Positions 49,881 through 62,102 of a stretch of DNA of 64,000 nucleotides are shown one piece after another. Where the stretch lies: NCBI GenBank assembly GCA_028023455.1, contig JAQFVV010000003.1, positions 18,724,001 through 18,788,000 of the forward strand, read 5' to 3'. The DNA is from Epiperipatus broadwayi (taxonomy: Eukaryota; Animalia; Onychophora). The notes beneath the pieces were generated by a model. The model saw nothing but the letters and a program-made list of their open reading frames with translations. It was not told the DNA's origin and did not search any database. Each line of letters opens with the position of its first letter. Within the stretch, counting starts at the first letter, position 1. The position numbers and the translations under genes were made by a program.

Positions 49881-50917
49881 TTAGCATTGTTTAATTGTAA
49901 TTATAATTAAAGATAGGTATAACTTAAACCCACTAAACATAAAAATATTTAAGTGAATTTATTATTCTTACAAAAAAAACTACATGCTTTCATATTAGCA
50001 ACGTCTTGAATAATTTTTCTGATATTCAATTTTTTTACATACATTATGTTCTACTCAAATCATTACTAAATGTAGGAATTTTTTGGGGGCTATAATTGAT
50101 CGTAAATAATTTTTAATAGGTTTAATCTGAAAAATGATCATTCTCCACTAACAACTCATACAGAAATAGTTAATAATATTCTTAAAACTATTGTAAGATT
50201 TAAGAAAATTAAATTATTTATATAAATAAATTATAAAGAATCAAAGATATTTTTTTAGTTGTTCTAATCAAAACTTTTTAAAGACATTTTATCATACAGT
50301 TCTTTTTTCCTGTATGTCACCATTAATCTTCATCAGTTAATTTAAATCCTCATATACTTTACAAAGATCATCCATGATTAACAAATTCATATTGTAAAGA
50401 AATTTGAAGTGATTATTATAAACTTTTAATTTTTCAATTTTTTTCTTTATGGATATTAATGTTGTATCTAAAAATGCAAAAAAGTTCTATACAAAAGTTA
50501 TTATTTAGAGATTATTGTTTTATTTGCATGTTCTTTAATAAATTGCTTATTTTTCTTTCTGAAACAACTGGACCAATATTTGGAAATGTAGTTTCTATGT
50601 CACATATCTCTTAACAAGTTTTTATAAATTGCTTCAGAAGAACAAAAGGTTAATACATAGCTTCTAAAATTATTGGTAGCTCTTAAAGGTAGCACAAAAT
50701 TCACCTTTATATTTTGTAACATTTTACTCACCAGATTAATATTAGTTAATAAATCAAACCACAATATAAGACAATAAATGATTTTTTTCTATAGTACAGG
50801 TTTTTTCATACCTGCACTCCAATGGGTTTGAACTCAGACTTTCACACGATCCTCAATCCACCCTATCTCATAATGCTGATAAACTTGATCACACATATGT
50901 CGAAAAGATAAATAATC

Positions 50918-50961
50918 ACCAATATGCATATTTCGTGCTAAACCAGCAGTCATCAGTTGGT
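50918..50961 (-). ncRNA. Minimal type I hammerhead ribozyme motif B1
   Basis: accaa CTGATGA ctgct ggttt agcac GAAA tatgcat A ttggt. Stem I is 5 bp, stem II has a C.C mismatch at its first pair, and the triplet is AUA. Confidence 0.8.
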
Positions 50962-51401
50962 CCAGATTATCATCTCCACACATATATACAATCAATGCAC
51001 AGCTTATATTAAGATAGCCAATCTTCATACTTTAATGGAAAGGCTTCAATCCACTCCACCCACAACTCTTCAGCCATCCATTTTCATTGAAAATCTGATG
51101 ATGGAATGCTCAAAACCCACATTGGTGCCAACCATCTCATCCTACCCATGTTGAGCATAAGTCACTCTGACCCCTCATGTACAGGACATAATCCATTTAC
51201 ATACATAAATGAGGGATGGGCAGACCTTACAGTGCTATATTTTAATATATGATTTTTTTTCTACAGTACAGGCTTTTTCATACCTGCACTCCAATATGTA
51301 ATATATAGGAGTTTGAACTCAAACTTTCACATGACCCTCAACTATCCCTCTATCTCATACTGCTGATACACTTGATCACACACATGTCGAAAAGATAAAT
51401 A

Positions 51402-51445
51402 ATCACAAATATACATATATGCTAAACCAGCACTCATTGGTTGGT
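51402..51445 (-). ncRNA. Decayed hammerhead motif B2
   Basis: accaa ccaatga gtgct ggttt agca---- tatatgtata tttgt. Both the CUGA and GAAA core elements are damaged. Confidence 0.45.
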
Positions 51446-54014
51446 CCAGATTATTATCTATATATATACAATCAATGCTCAGCTTATATTAAGATAGCCA
51501 ATCTTCATACTTTAATGGACAGGTTTCAATCCATTCCACAGACAATGAAGAAATTTAAAAAATTTTAATTTCATACTTAAAATATTTGTTTGCTTCATGC
51601 TTCTTTTTTTTTTGACATTGATCTATTAATATAAATTTCAAATAAAGAGTTTTCCTCTAATATTGGAACTTTTGGCATTAATGTCTTGCATACCTGTTAA
51701 GGATATTCAATCAGACTTGTCTCTGATCTATAGTTTTTCTTACCATTTCATAATTAGAATGTTTCTTCAATGTTATTATTTTAACATTATTTCTTTTTTA
51801 TACCAGTTTACAGAATTCCAGATATTTAGTTATTCTAAGTAGATTATTTAAAATATCTTCGCATTCCTTCTTTAAACATTGCCTTATCTCAGTTGAAAAT
51901 TTATTGTTTGAATTGTTGCTTTTTGGTACCACCTCTTTTATAATTAGTAGGCTATCTTTCTTTTCTTGTTGAACATATTCAAGTTCGAGTGTTTAGCCAT
52001 TATTGAGTGAATTAATATTTTAAAACAGTTTTCGTTTTCTAGCTTACATTCTTTAGAATATGTCTCAAGATTAATAATATTGTCTGTTAATAGTGTGTTT
52101 TTTTAATGGTTTTTGCCTCTTTAGCTTAACATTAATACAGTATATCTTATTTCTAACATATTATCATTTTTTGTGTTTAGGGGCGAGTTCAGCGATTATG
52201 TGCAAAACTTTAATTGGTATCTCTATACTCTTCCCCCAATAAAAAAAATCACTTTATAAAAATGTATCCAGGGATAATCAGAGGGGGGGGGGACAGGAAA
52301 GCCAGATGGACTGGGTCTTGCAATATTAGAGGCTCAATTTGGCAACTCGATATGTTAAACAAAAATATAGGAGAAGGCAAAGCAATGTCATGGCTTGTAG
52401 AACAACCTTAATTTTACAGTTAAATTCTCCCAAAAAATATTTGAGAAAAACTTTTCCAAACAAGCATACATGAGTCAAAAACATAAGCCAGTTTAGGGAT
52501 AAGGTGCCAATTTGTCAACTCTTTGACAAAAGCAACTACAGGTGACTGGCAGAAGTAATAGTCTCAGGCCCCTGACAGTTCTGTGTTAACAGTGTTTTAC
52601 AATACCAACAGTGCTAGAGTGAATCTACTCAATCCAAGTGTTATCTGGATTTGATCTGCTTGCTCATTTCTGTGACTCATAACTAACTGCTCCCAGAATC
52701 CTGTTTTCAGCCCTGTAAGTAAAAACTCATCCGTCCGTCCCCCTCCCCCATGTTCTTATTTTAAATTTTGAAGGGCCTCTAAAATATTAGTTGCCCTGGA
52801 CCTTGTATTTTCTCTGAAAGGCCCTGAATGTATCAGTGAGTAAAAATGAATAGTCCATGTATTAATTTATTTTGCAAAATATCTAAAAGAGTGAAAATTT
52901 AATTTTTTTTATAACAATTTAACTAAATTAAAAAATAAGAAATATGCTAAATGTACACGAAAAGAATGTATAATTTACCTTAGATCTATTCTTAGTTAAA
53001 ATTCAAATTTACTTATTATTATATTATTATTGATGCACTGCACTTTACTCATATCCTATGTCTAATTACAAAAACTTACAACTGATATATTTTTGATTAG
53101 TGATCCAATATAGTACATAGACTGTATCAGCAGAATATAGAATAAAGTTAAAAACTGCAGCTGACTATCCTGTGTACAGTAAACTCATGTATGTTCAAGT
53201 TTTTAAAATTGTTTACAATAAATTACTTGTTAGAGCTAGGATCAGAATAAAATAAAATTGTAAGGAATAATAACAAATGGGTGGTTATAAATACTTTGTT
53301 TAAAACAAATATATAAAATATAAGTAACATTTAAACAATATAATTTATTTTCTTCTTGTCTGGAATCTTTGACCGTCTTTACTATTCTAGCACCTATGTG
53401 TGTAACACTCTTTATTGCACATGTGATAAAACAAACAGTTTTCTACTCTTTTGTCATTTATAGTGAAATCGACTAGTGAAAAATATAGCATTTAAATACT
53501 CCATCTGGTTTGTTAGAAAAGAACTGAGATTACTAAAATATATAGTCACTGACTCGGAATCTGATCTATGTAACTATTTGAATAGGTTCGTTAGAGTTCA
53601 AAATCTTAAGGTATTTTAAATTTCTACTCATTTAGATTGAGTAGCAAAATGGAGTTAAAGATGGTTTCTAGGTGCATAACTGCATTACTTTTAAATTTGA
53701 ATCTTTTTTAGTAATCATTGATAATTCAAACTTGGTATTATGATAAAAGTTTTTAAAAAATAATAATTTTAATATACAAATTTACCCCCCCCCCCGATAA
53801 TCCACAAATCTGTATTTTCTTTCATTTTTGTCTTCATATCCAAAATCATTCACATTACTCTCATCTTAGCATTAAAATTTCCTATGATAATTTTAATATG
53901 TTATTTAGTACATCAATATAAAAATTCTCTATTTCTTTATCAAAGGAAAAAATTGTTGGTGTATAAAACTGAAATAGCTGCTTTTGATATCTAATCTTAT
54001 TCTATCTTAGATAT

Positions 54015-54190
54015 CTTCAATCTCCACAATATTTTTTTTATTTATAATGAATCGCATTTCATTTGTGTTTCCAAAATTTGTGTCTTTAAATACATATTCA
54101 CTTTTCAAACAATTTTTCTAACTTCACAAAGTCTTACAATGTCTCATTTAATATTAGACAGTTCTTTCAATTCATGCAATCTTCTTTTAT
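54015..54190 (-). mobile_element. Fragment of the same RTE family (APE start)
   Basis: Colinear with 38855-39050, for example caatctccacaatat and ctaacttcacaaagtc. Confidence 0.75.
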
Positions 54191-56168
54191 TTGAACACTT
54201 TATCTGTTTAAAAGTGACATAAAGAAAATATCAACTTAAAAATTCTTAGTACTCTCTTCCTTAAATAACATAATGCTATATTAGTCAATGGTTTACAGTA
54301 TGAAGTCTTAGAGATAAAAAATAGAACATTCATCACATTAGTTAGTGTATTAGTGAACAAAACATAGTAGCTCCAATGATAAGAATGTTTAAAGTAACAA
54401 ATAGGAATTTGCTCTTCTCATTCCTTTAATGTTTCAAATATACAATAAAAAAGATTTTTTTCATATTGTAACAAATTCCTTTTACAGCAAACTTTAATAA
54501 TAAGTTTTGATATTTAAAAATACTTCATAACTAAAAGAACTTATATCATATACTAGTCATACTTTTTTTGAAAAACGTTCATTTTTTATAAAGAAATTGC
54601 AACAAGTAATTTTATGAAGATTTATCCATTCTACAACAGAAAATGGTATCAGGGAATGCTAAGTCACAGTGCAATTAGATTCCTATAATCTTGGGAGGGA
54701 TATTTAGTAAAAGATTATTTCTGGATTTAACGTTGTCCAGATCAGGAATTTCTGTAAGAGGGAGACTAAATACTTAGTACTGTTCCACGACTACCATATC
54801 CCGAACATGCTGGGTTTGAAGTACTTTTGCTAGGTCTCTGAATCTTGTTGGCTGATCACACAATTCTGACCATTACAATACCTAGAAATTTTAAGATTCT
54901 GTTTGTACTGCCATCTAATATCTACTGATTGTATTCAATGCTTATAATTTGACAACTATAATAAAAATGGAGATATAAACTACTTGTAACAAAAATATGA
55001 GCTGAAAAAATAATCTGGTGCTAATTAATTTGAAAGCTACGAGTAATTAAAAATTCAAGCTTTGATTTTCAAGAACCTCTTCAAGCTCAGTGGAAATGTG
55101 GGTAATAAGAATATTGATGAGCTATAGATGAGTGTCTGTTGATCATATTAATGATTCCACATTTATTACTAGTACTAATAATGATCACCTGTTGTTGCTT
55201 AATCGAATCCCAGTTGTAAAGCCTATGCTATTTGCTGTTAGATAAAAAGAATAAATTTCTGTAAAAGATATCCATTAAATATTATAATTTCTTATTCATA
55301 CCTAATATTAAGTATTGCATTAAATTCTATTTGCTTTTTAAATAAGAGCATATGATTTCATTCATATATACTAAATATTATTTTTAAATGTAATTAAAAA
55401 TATTAAAGGTTACCAATCTATCTAACTGCACAATTTAAAAATATATTTGACATATTCAATTGGTTTCAATAATGTTTGTGACAACTCGACGACTGTAATT
55501 AGGATATTCGATATATGTTTTTCTTTTTTTAAAAAAGAGTAAAAAATAAAGAGGTGGGATTGGGGGGGGGGGGGTGAATCTTATGCCCCATATGTTTAAA
55601 GTCTGAGAAGGGATTTTTAAATTTTCCTCAGAAAAATTGCTTTGGTAATAAATGCTTTAATTTGTAGAATAAGAAATATATGTGCGGTTAATATGTTTAA
55701 ACATATGTGTTTACAGAGATAGTATTTGTTTTTGACAATCTTAGGAAATTATCGACCTATTTCTCTTTTCTTATTCATGAGCATTTTCTGAAAACAAAAA
55801 CTTTCTTTTTAATACTTGAAGACATAGATTGGCAACGGAATGTTAGGGGGGACGGGGACGTATATATATTTCTTGAATTTCAGTAAGCCCTTTGAACTGT
55901 GTTGATCATAACAAAATGGATTTTTTAAATATATATCCCCCTTCTCTCAAAAACACTATATTTCAGATTAAGAAGTTTACAGATAAACAAAAATCAATAA
56001 TGATAGCAATATAATTTTAAATCACCAAAATAATCAAATAGATTTTTTTTTTTTTTTTTTAAATAACTGGATTGAATAAAAATACTCAGGCAATGGCAGA
56101 TGTTATCTTTGGTATCGTAAGTGGAAAAATATTTGGGGTTCCATCTAAGAATATAAAAGATAATCTGG

Positions 56169-56212
56169 ACTAACTGATGAGTGCTGGTTTAGCACGAAAT
56201 ACACATATTAGT
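56169..56212 (+). ncRNA. Minimal type I hammerhead ribozyme motif B3, core intact
   Basis: actaa CTGATGA gtgct ggttt agcac GAAA tacacat A ttagt. Stems I and II are perfect 5-bp helices with G10.1-C11.1. Predicted cleavage after 56207. Confidence 0.85.
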
Positions 56213-56278
56213 GACTATTTATCTTTTCTGCATGTGTGTGGTCATGTATATCAGTAGTATGAAAGGGCTTAAATGCCT

Positions 56279-56290
56279 GAGTTCAAATCC
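56279..56290 (+). promoter_or_regulatory. Pol III B-box-like motif in family B
   Basis: GAGTTCAAATCC fits GWTCRANNC. GAGTTCAAACCC occupies the same position in copy B1 (50824-50835, minus). Confidence 0.4.
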
Positions 56291-56619
56291 CCTATATTTA
56301 CAATTAGGCTCCAAGTTTAAGAGTGCCTGGTATTTCAAATCTTATAAAAGATAATCGGAACATTCACGGCCCAAAATTTTCTCTTAGACAATCTTGCACT
56401 ACATTCCTTTCTTAAGTAATTTTTGGAATAGTGTCTAAATTAAAATAAATAAATATGTACAACACACCAATCTTTACTTATATTTTTAATGTTATGAAAC
56501 AAAAAAAAATACAATAATAATTTTAAAAAGCAAAATTATAACTATACTTAAATAGATTAATTATACAACACTTTCTTTTTTATCAAAACTTTTCGAGTTG
56601 GGGTTTTAAATACAGTAAA

Positions 56620-56880
56620 TTTATCGATAATTTTATATAATCTAATAATTGGGATGACGTCATTAACATACTGATAAATTATTTAAATGGTTTTTTTTAT
56701 TGAGATCATTTCTTAAATGATTTTTTATTCGGTTTAAATTTGAAAAAAGATTGTACCACTAATCAATATTGTTTTAAATACAACTATTGAATTTTCAAAC
56801 GAAATTTAAGCATTTTTAAAATTATCCCACCTCCCTTATGTCGGTCCTGGGATGTTCCACCTCTGTAACCCTTAGAGACC
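56620..56880. repeat. Dispersed ~250-bp repeat, second copy at ~59255-59495
   Basis: Shared blocks include cattaacat..tgataaatta, aaaaagattgta.cact and aatacaactattgaat. Confidence 0.6.
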
Positions 56881-57384
56881 TGAACGGCCATTTTGAATTC
56901 ACAGAAAAAATTACAGGACATACAATTTTAAATGAAATGTCTAATTTATTACAATAAATAACAAATATATATACATTTTTAGAAAGTGCAAATATGAAAG
57001 AATGTAATGAAGCTGATAAAATAGTCATTACCACAAAAAAATAATTTAAGAAAGGAGATTTTTCACATTTTTAAATATCTTTATTTTTACATTGGTTCAC
57101 AAACTCTCAATTTTGAAAGATATAGCCTAAAATGACAATTTCATAGACAGCTTCATCACATTCGTCATAAAATGCAGAAAAAAAAAATATATAACATGAC
57201 CTACCTGAGTTACAGATTGTTGGTGTAATGTGGCAAAAGGTGACCATTTCAATTTCTTTTTTCTGCTTGACACTCTATATGTTCTATTTTTGCAAGCAGT
57301 TGTTTTTCTAGGCCCTCTATGCGGGATATCTATTAGAAATGCAAGGTTTTAGTGAGGATCAAAAAAAAATAACAGTAATAACTT

Positions 57385-58635
57385 TAGTAAATTCTAAGTT
57401 ATGGGGGTAAAAAATAATGACTATATTATTGAAAAATCAGGGGTGGGGCGAGATAAATTATGCATTATTTCATGGCAGATCATAATTGCCAAATATGCAA
57501 ATAAATAATTTAAAAATTTGTTTCTAAAATAAAATGAATAACAACATAGTAAATTCTAAGTTATGGGGGTAAAAAATAATGACTATATTATTGAAAAATC
57601 AGGGGTGGGGTGAGATAAATTATGCATTATTTCATGGCAAATCATAATTGCCAAATATGCAAATAAATAATTTAAAAATTTGTTTCTAAAATAAAATGAA
57701 TAACAACATAGTAAATAAAATAAAATAAATAATCAAAAGGAATTACAAGCAATTATTATATATGAGTGGGAGATGATGATGACTGTTGATTCAGCATTGT
57801 GAGGTATTTATTTTTTTCACCTTGTTAGTTTCACAGAACAGAGTGGATAGTTTGAAGACAGTTTGCAAATTGTTGAAAATATAAATGCATGAGCAAAATC
57901 AATTTCAAAATAACTGATGATGATGATGTGGAGCAACTGGTAAGGGTGAGCTAAATTATGCATTATTACATAGGAAATCATAATAGCAAAGTATGCCATC
58001 AAATGAATAAAAAGTTATCTATAATGAAACGAATAAAAATATAGTAAATTCTAAGTTATGCATGTAAAAAATAATTACTACATTATTGGAATATCATGAG
58101 GGTAAGAGTGAGCTAAATTATGCATTATTACATAGCAAACCATAATAGCAAAGTATGCTATCAAATAAATAAAAAGTTATCTATAATGAAACGAATAAAA
58201 ATGTAGTAAATTCTAAGTTATGCATGTAAAAAATAATTACTACATTATTGGAATATCATGAGGGTAAGAGTGAGCTAAATTATGCATTATTACATAGCAA
58301 ACCATAATAGCAAAGTATGCTATCAAATGAATAAAAAGTTATCTGCAAAGTATGCTATAAAATGAATAAAAAGTTATCTACAATGAAATGAATAAAAACG
58401 TAGTAAATTCTAAGTTATGCATGTAAAAAATAATTACTACGTTATTGGAATATCATGAGGGTAAGAGTGAGCTAAATTATGCATTATTACATAGCAAACC
58501 ATAATAGCAAAGTATGCTATAAAATGAATAAAAACTTATCTACAATGAAATGTATAAAAACAGTAAATAAAATAAATAACCCAAAGGAATTACAAGCAAT
58601 TATTATATATTAGTGGGAGATGATGATGATGAATG
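57385..58635. repeat. ~162-bp satellite-like tandem array in two sub-blocks
   Basis: tagtaaattctaagttatg recurs at 57385, 57547, 58042, 58204 and 58401. Both blocks end in aaaggaattacaagcaattattatat..agtgggagatgatgat. Confidence 0.85.
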
Positions 58636-59039
58636 TTGAATACTTACAGGTAATGGGGAATACGAAACCTCAAAATCAAACACATCAACAGAAAAGTTCG
58701 TTAGAATCGTAATTACGTTTAGCGGCGAAAATAATTGTTTTCTCCGTATATTTTTTTTATCAGTTGATAAAATCTAGAAAGATAAAAAAAATTACAAAAT
58801 TTTAATAATGTACTTTACAAAAATTGCTATAAAAAATCTAATTTTCATCGCACAGAAAAAATTTTTAGACGTACAAAAAGATAGAAAAATGGCGGAGAGA
58901 AAGAAAAAAAAGCGTAACTGTGACGTATACGGTTTGCACGCTATTGCGGTCGAAATTGCAAACTTTTTTTAATGCGTAAAAAAGCGGTTTTCGGTCTCAA
59001 AGTAAAACACATCAGTCTATATTTATATTCATATGTCAA

Positions 59040-59111
59040 AGCGTTGACCAGGAAGCGACTCCGGGCCAGCTGCTTGGAAGCCTGCTATGCTAACCACACG
59101 GCCACCAACGC
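59040..59111 (-). tRNA. tRNA-Gly(TCC) pseudogene
   Basis: GCGTTGGTGGCCGTGTGGTTAGCATAGCAGGCTTCCAAGCAGCTGGCCCGGAGTCGCTTCCTGGTCAACGCT is colinear with animal tRNA-Gly(TCC). The acceptor stem is intact, but the D stem, anticodon stem and T-loop (B-box) are disrupted. Confidence 0.8.
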
Positions 59112-59509
59112 TTGACATTTATATTTTAAATATTAGTAACAAAAAAAATAATCAACTCTCTACACATGCGCTGTATATATTTATTTAATAAATGAATTAT
59201 ACAACACATACTTTTTTGATAATATAACTTTTCGATTCAGGGTTTTGATATAGAAAAATTATCAATATTTTTATCATAATCCAGTAGTTGGGTGATTTCA
59301 TTAACATTAATGATAAATTACTTAAGTGGTTTGATTGAGAGTATTTATTAGATTATTTTATTCGTTTTAAATCGGAAAAAGATTGTATCACTTGTGTTAT
59401 AAATCGATATTGTTGAAAATACAACTATTGAATCTTAAAAACAAATTTATCCCCTCTATGTGTGGCTTGAGATGTTCACTTATTTCATCTTGGAGAAAAT
59501 CTGCCATTA

Positions 59510-60330
59510 TCATCAATATTATCATTTACAACGATTATCAATCCATTGCAGAATGATTTCTCAGATCCATGTTATACCACAAACTTTCTTATTTCATCCA
59601 TTTGTCTTTTTCTAGGTCTTTTACAATCTTTTAGGATCCAATTTAAGACTTCAACTATTCCATCTATTATAATCTCTTTTAGCAATATGTCAAGCCCAAT
59701 TCCATTTTAGTCTCTTAATTCTTTCAATTATGTCAAAGATGGCTGTTTGTTTCTCTCAGTCAAATATTTCTCTGTTGATTCCTTCTTCTTATCCCCAATA
59801 TAAATCTCTACATAATTCACTGAGTGGTCTAACGTCTCTGAATTGCTCTTCTAATAAGTATCCATAAATAAAAATTGGTAAAACATATCTAATAAAAACC
59901 TTTCTTTTCAAATCACATAGACATATTTATTTTGATCAAAAACATTCCACTTAAATTTAGTCCTGTATTAATTTCATTCATTGAATTTCTGTCTGTATTA
60001 ATGATCTGACTAAGGTATTTATAATTGTTACTTTCTAATTCATGATTATTAATCTTTATCTTCTGAAAAAAGTTCCATTAAATATTACTTTAGTCTTTTT
60101 ATTATTTACTTTAAATCCTACTGTCTAACTTTCATCTGATAATTTTTACAACATTTTCTGAAATTCTGAGGCCTTATTTATCAAAAACAACTATATTATC
60201 TGAAAAATCTAGATGACTTAAATAATTCTTGTGTTTGTTTGTTTTTATTCTCTTAACTTCTATTTTAATCCCTAAAATTATTTTTTGTAAAACTTCTGTA
60301 AAAAAAATAAATTGGAAATATGAAATTACC
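59510..60330 (-). mobile_element. Decayed 3' portion of the same RTE family
   Basis: Colinear with 36290-37100, for example attatcaatccattgcagaatga, and NYLSHLDFSDNIVVF in ORF 60174..60407. Confidence 0.85.
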
Positions 60331-61248
60331 CTACTTATCAATGTTAAATTTTTAGTGTCACTATATAATGTACCACTATACTTAAGTATACAAGTGATGA
60401 ATATCATTTACATTTTGTATTATTTTTACAATACTTTATATAATTATAACCTACTATTGATGTTTTTGATTGTCCTGCAATCTTCTTCAGAACTATCACA
60501 AACATAATACAAAACATGATATTAATATTATATGGATTTGGTAATGCAATAAGAAAGATAAAGTTATAATACTTCATAAAGAAGTATAAGCTGTGCTTAT
60601 CTTTATTTTTAGTTTAGTAATTGGGTTTTCATACCTACTTAGTAAGCTTGAAAATTTTTTCAGGTACCAAAATACTTCAGATCCTTTCATCAGATAATGA
60701 GAATTTATTATTTTTGGATTTTAAAATAAGGATCACCGCAACTTTTGCCAAACTTGGTGAGTATTGTCTCTTCTTTACTATTTCTCTATTGGGGTTAAAA
60801 CTATTGGAGAGTCCTTTGCTCTGAATGGATTATTTAAAGCAAGAATTGGAATTTGATGGCCTGTGGGCAGGATAGTTTGCAGCCTTAATGATTTATTTTC
60901 TAAAAATCAATGTTTCTAACATCTTGCAGAAAAAAACAAAAAAAATTCAAACTTTTAAATGTTTTATGTCAGCTTTAAACAAAAGAAAAACTTTTGTACC
61001 AGTTTTCTATTATCAAATATGTCATCACTGAATGGAAATTACTTGTCACAATCATTTTAAGTCAATAATTTATAATTTTTTGCTCATAATAATGTATGAA
61101 TTTAAAGTTTAAAAATAAATAATAAAAAAATGAAAGAATAATATGGAAATTAAAAGTATTCCAACATGTTTGAAATGTAGATAAAGTGTCGCCATGATGA
61201 AAGATATAACATAAAATGCTATTGTGAAACAAGCCATAAGAACTATAA

Positions 61249-61460
61249 TAAAACAGACAAAACTCTCCATACAGTAGTGCCACTCAGTGCAAGCCAGAGT
61301 AATCAATGGATGCCAGAAGGCTTGTGCATAAAATTCCTATCTAGTGCCTACTCATTCAATATTTCATAGACTAGTTTCTGGCTTTTGAGTGGCACTACTG
61401 TATGGAGAGTTTTGCCTGTTTTAATAACAATTATGAGTAAGCATAAGAAATGGTGATCAT
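61249..61460. mobile_element. Family A partial copies head-to-head: minus copy 61249-61383 broken inside the hammerhead, plus copy from 61386
   Basis: The minus strand starts agccaGAAActagTC. The plus arm shares its downstream ataacaattatg...atggtgatcatgt with 19603-19650. Confidence 0.85.
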
Positions 61461-62102
61461 GTCATGTTTAATGGTTTAAGAATTATAATAAAAATACAGA
61501 AAAGATACATGAGACCAAATTTAAAAAATGAACTGATGTTTCAACAGAGAATATATTTGTATATTAATAAAATAAGTGGTGCTGCTGTTAAATGTTGTTG
61601 TATCAAAGTTCATTATATTTCTGGGGGGGGGGGGCAAAGATTTCAATGTATAAGCCTATTGGGAAATACAGTTATGGAAAGTATTGAAGATATATATAAC
61701 AGAGAACCTCCAAGATTTATTACAAAAGGATTTTTGTTAGATCTTTTTTTTTAGTTTATGGTTTGTTTCACAGAATGAATGACATTGAATACAGCTTATG
61801 TCAGCTAAATATCTAATTGGCTGACCCTGTATCTGCATGAGACTTCTGATTTAAAGGTTGTTTTAACTCCCCTTTTTTTTTCTTTCTTTTTTTTTTTTTT
61901 AACTTTCATTAGTTTAAAATTGCCACTTAATAAACTTACAGATTCCAGTGCTTAATTTCTTTAAATACAATAAATTTTTAGAAAGCCAGAATAATAACTT
62001 AAATATATGTATTTTTATAAAACTTAACAGTAATGTATCCAGATTATGGGAATGTGGATTCTGTTGACAAATTTTATTAATATATTTGGTTCTTTAGTAT
62101 TT

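Larger units (their letters stand above)
50778..51539 (-). mobile_element. Family B hammerhead repeat: partial tandem of ~1.6 units (unit ~470-485 bp)
   Basis: 50778-51060 repeats at 51249-51539. The hammerhead positions are offset by 484 bp. Confidence 0.9.
56159..56310 (+). mobile_element. Dispersed truncated family B copy
   Basis: Matches the minus strand of 50820-50970 from gataatctggac to gagttcaaa. Confidence 0.85.
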
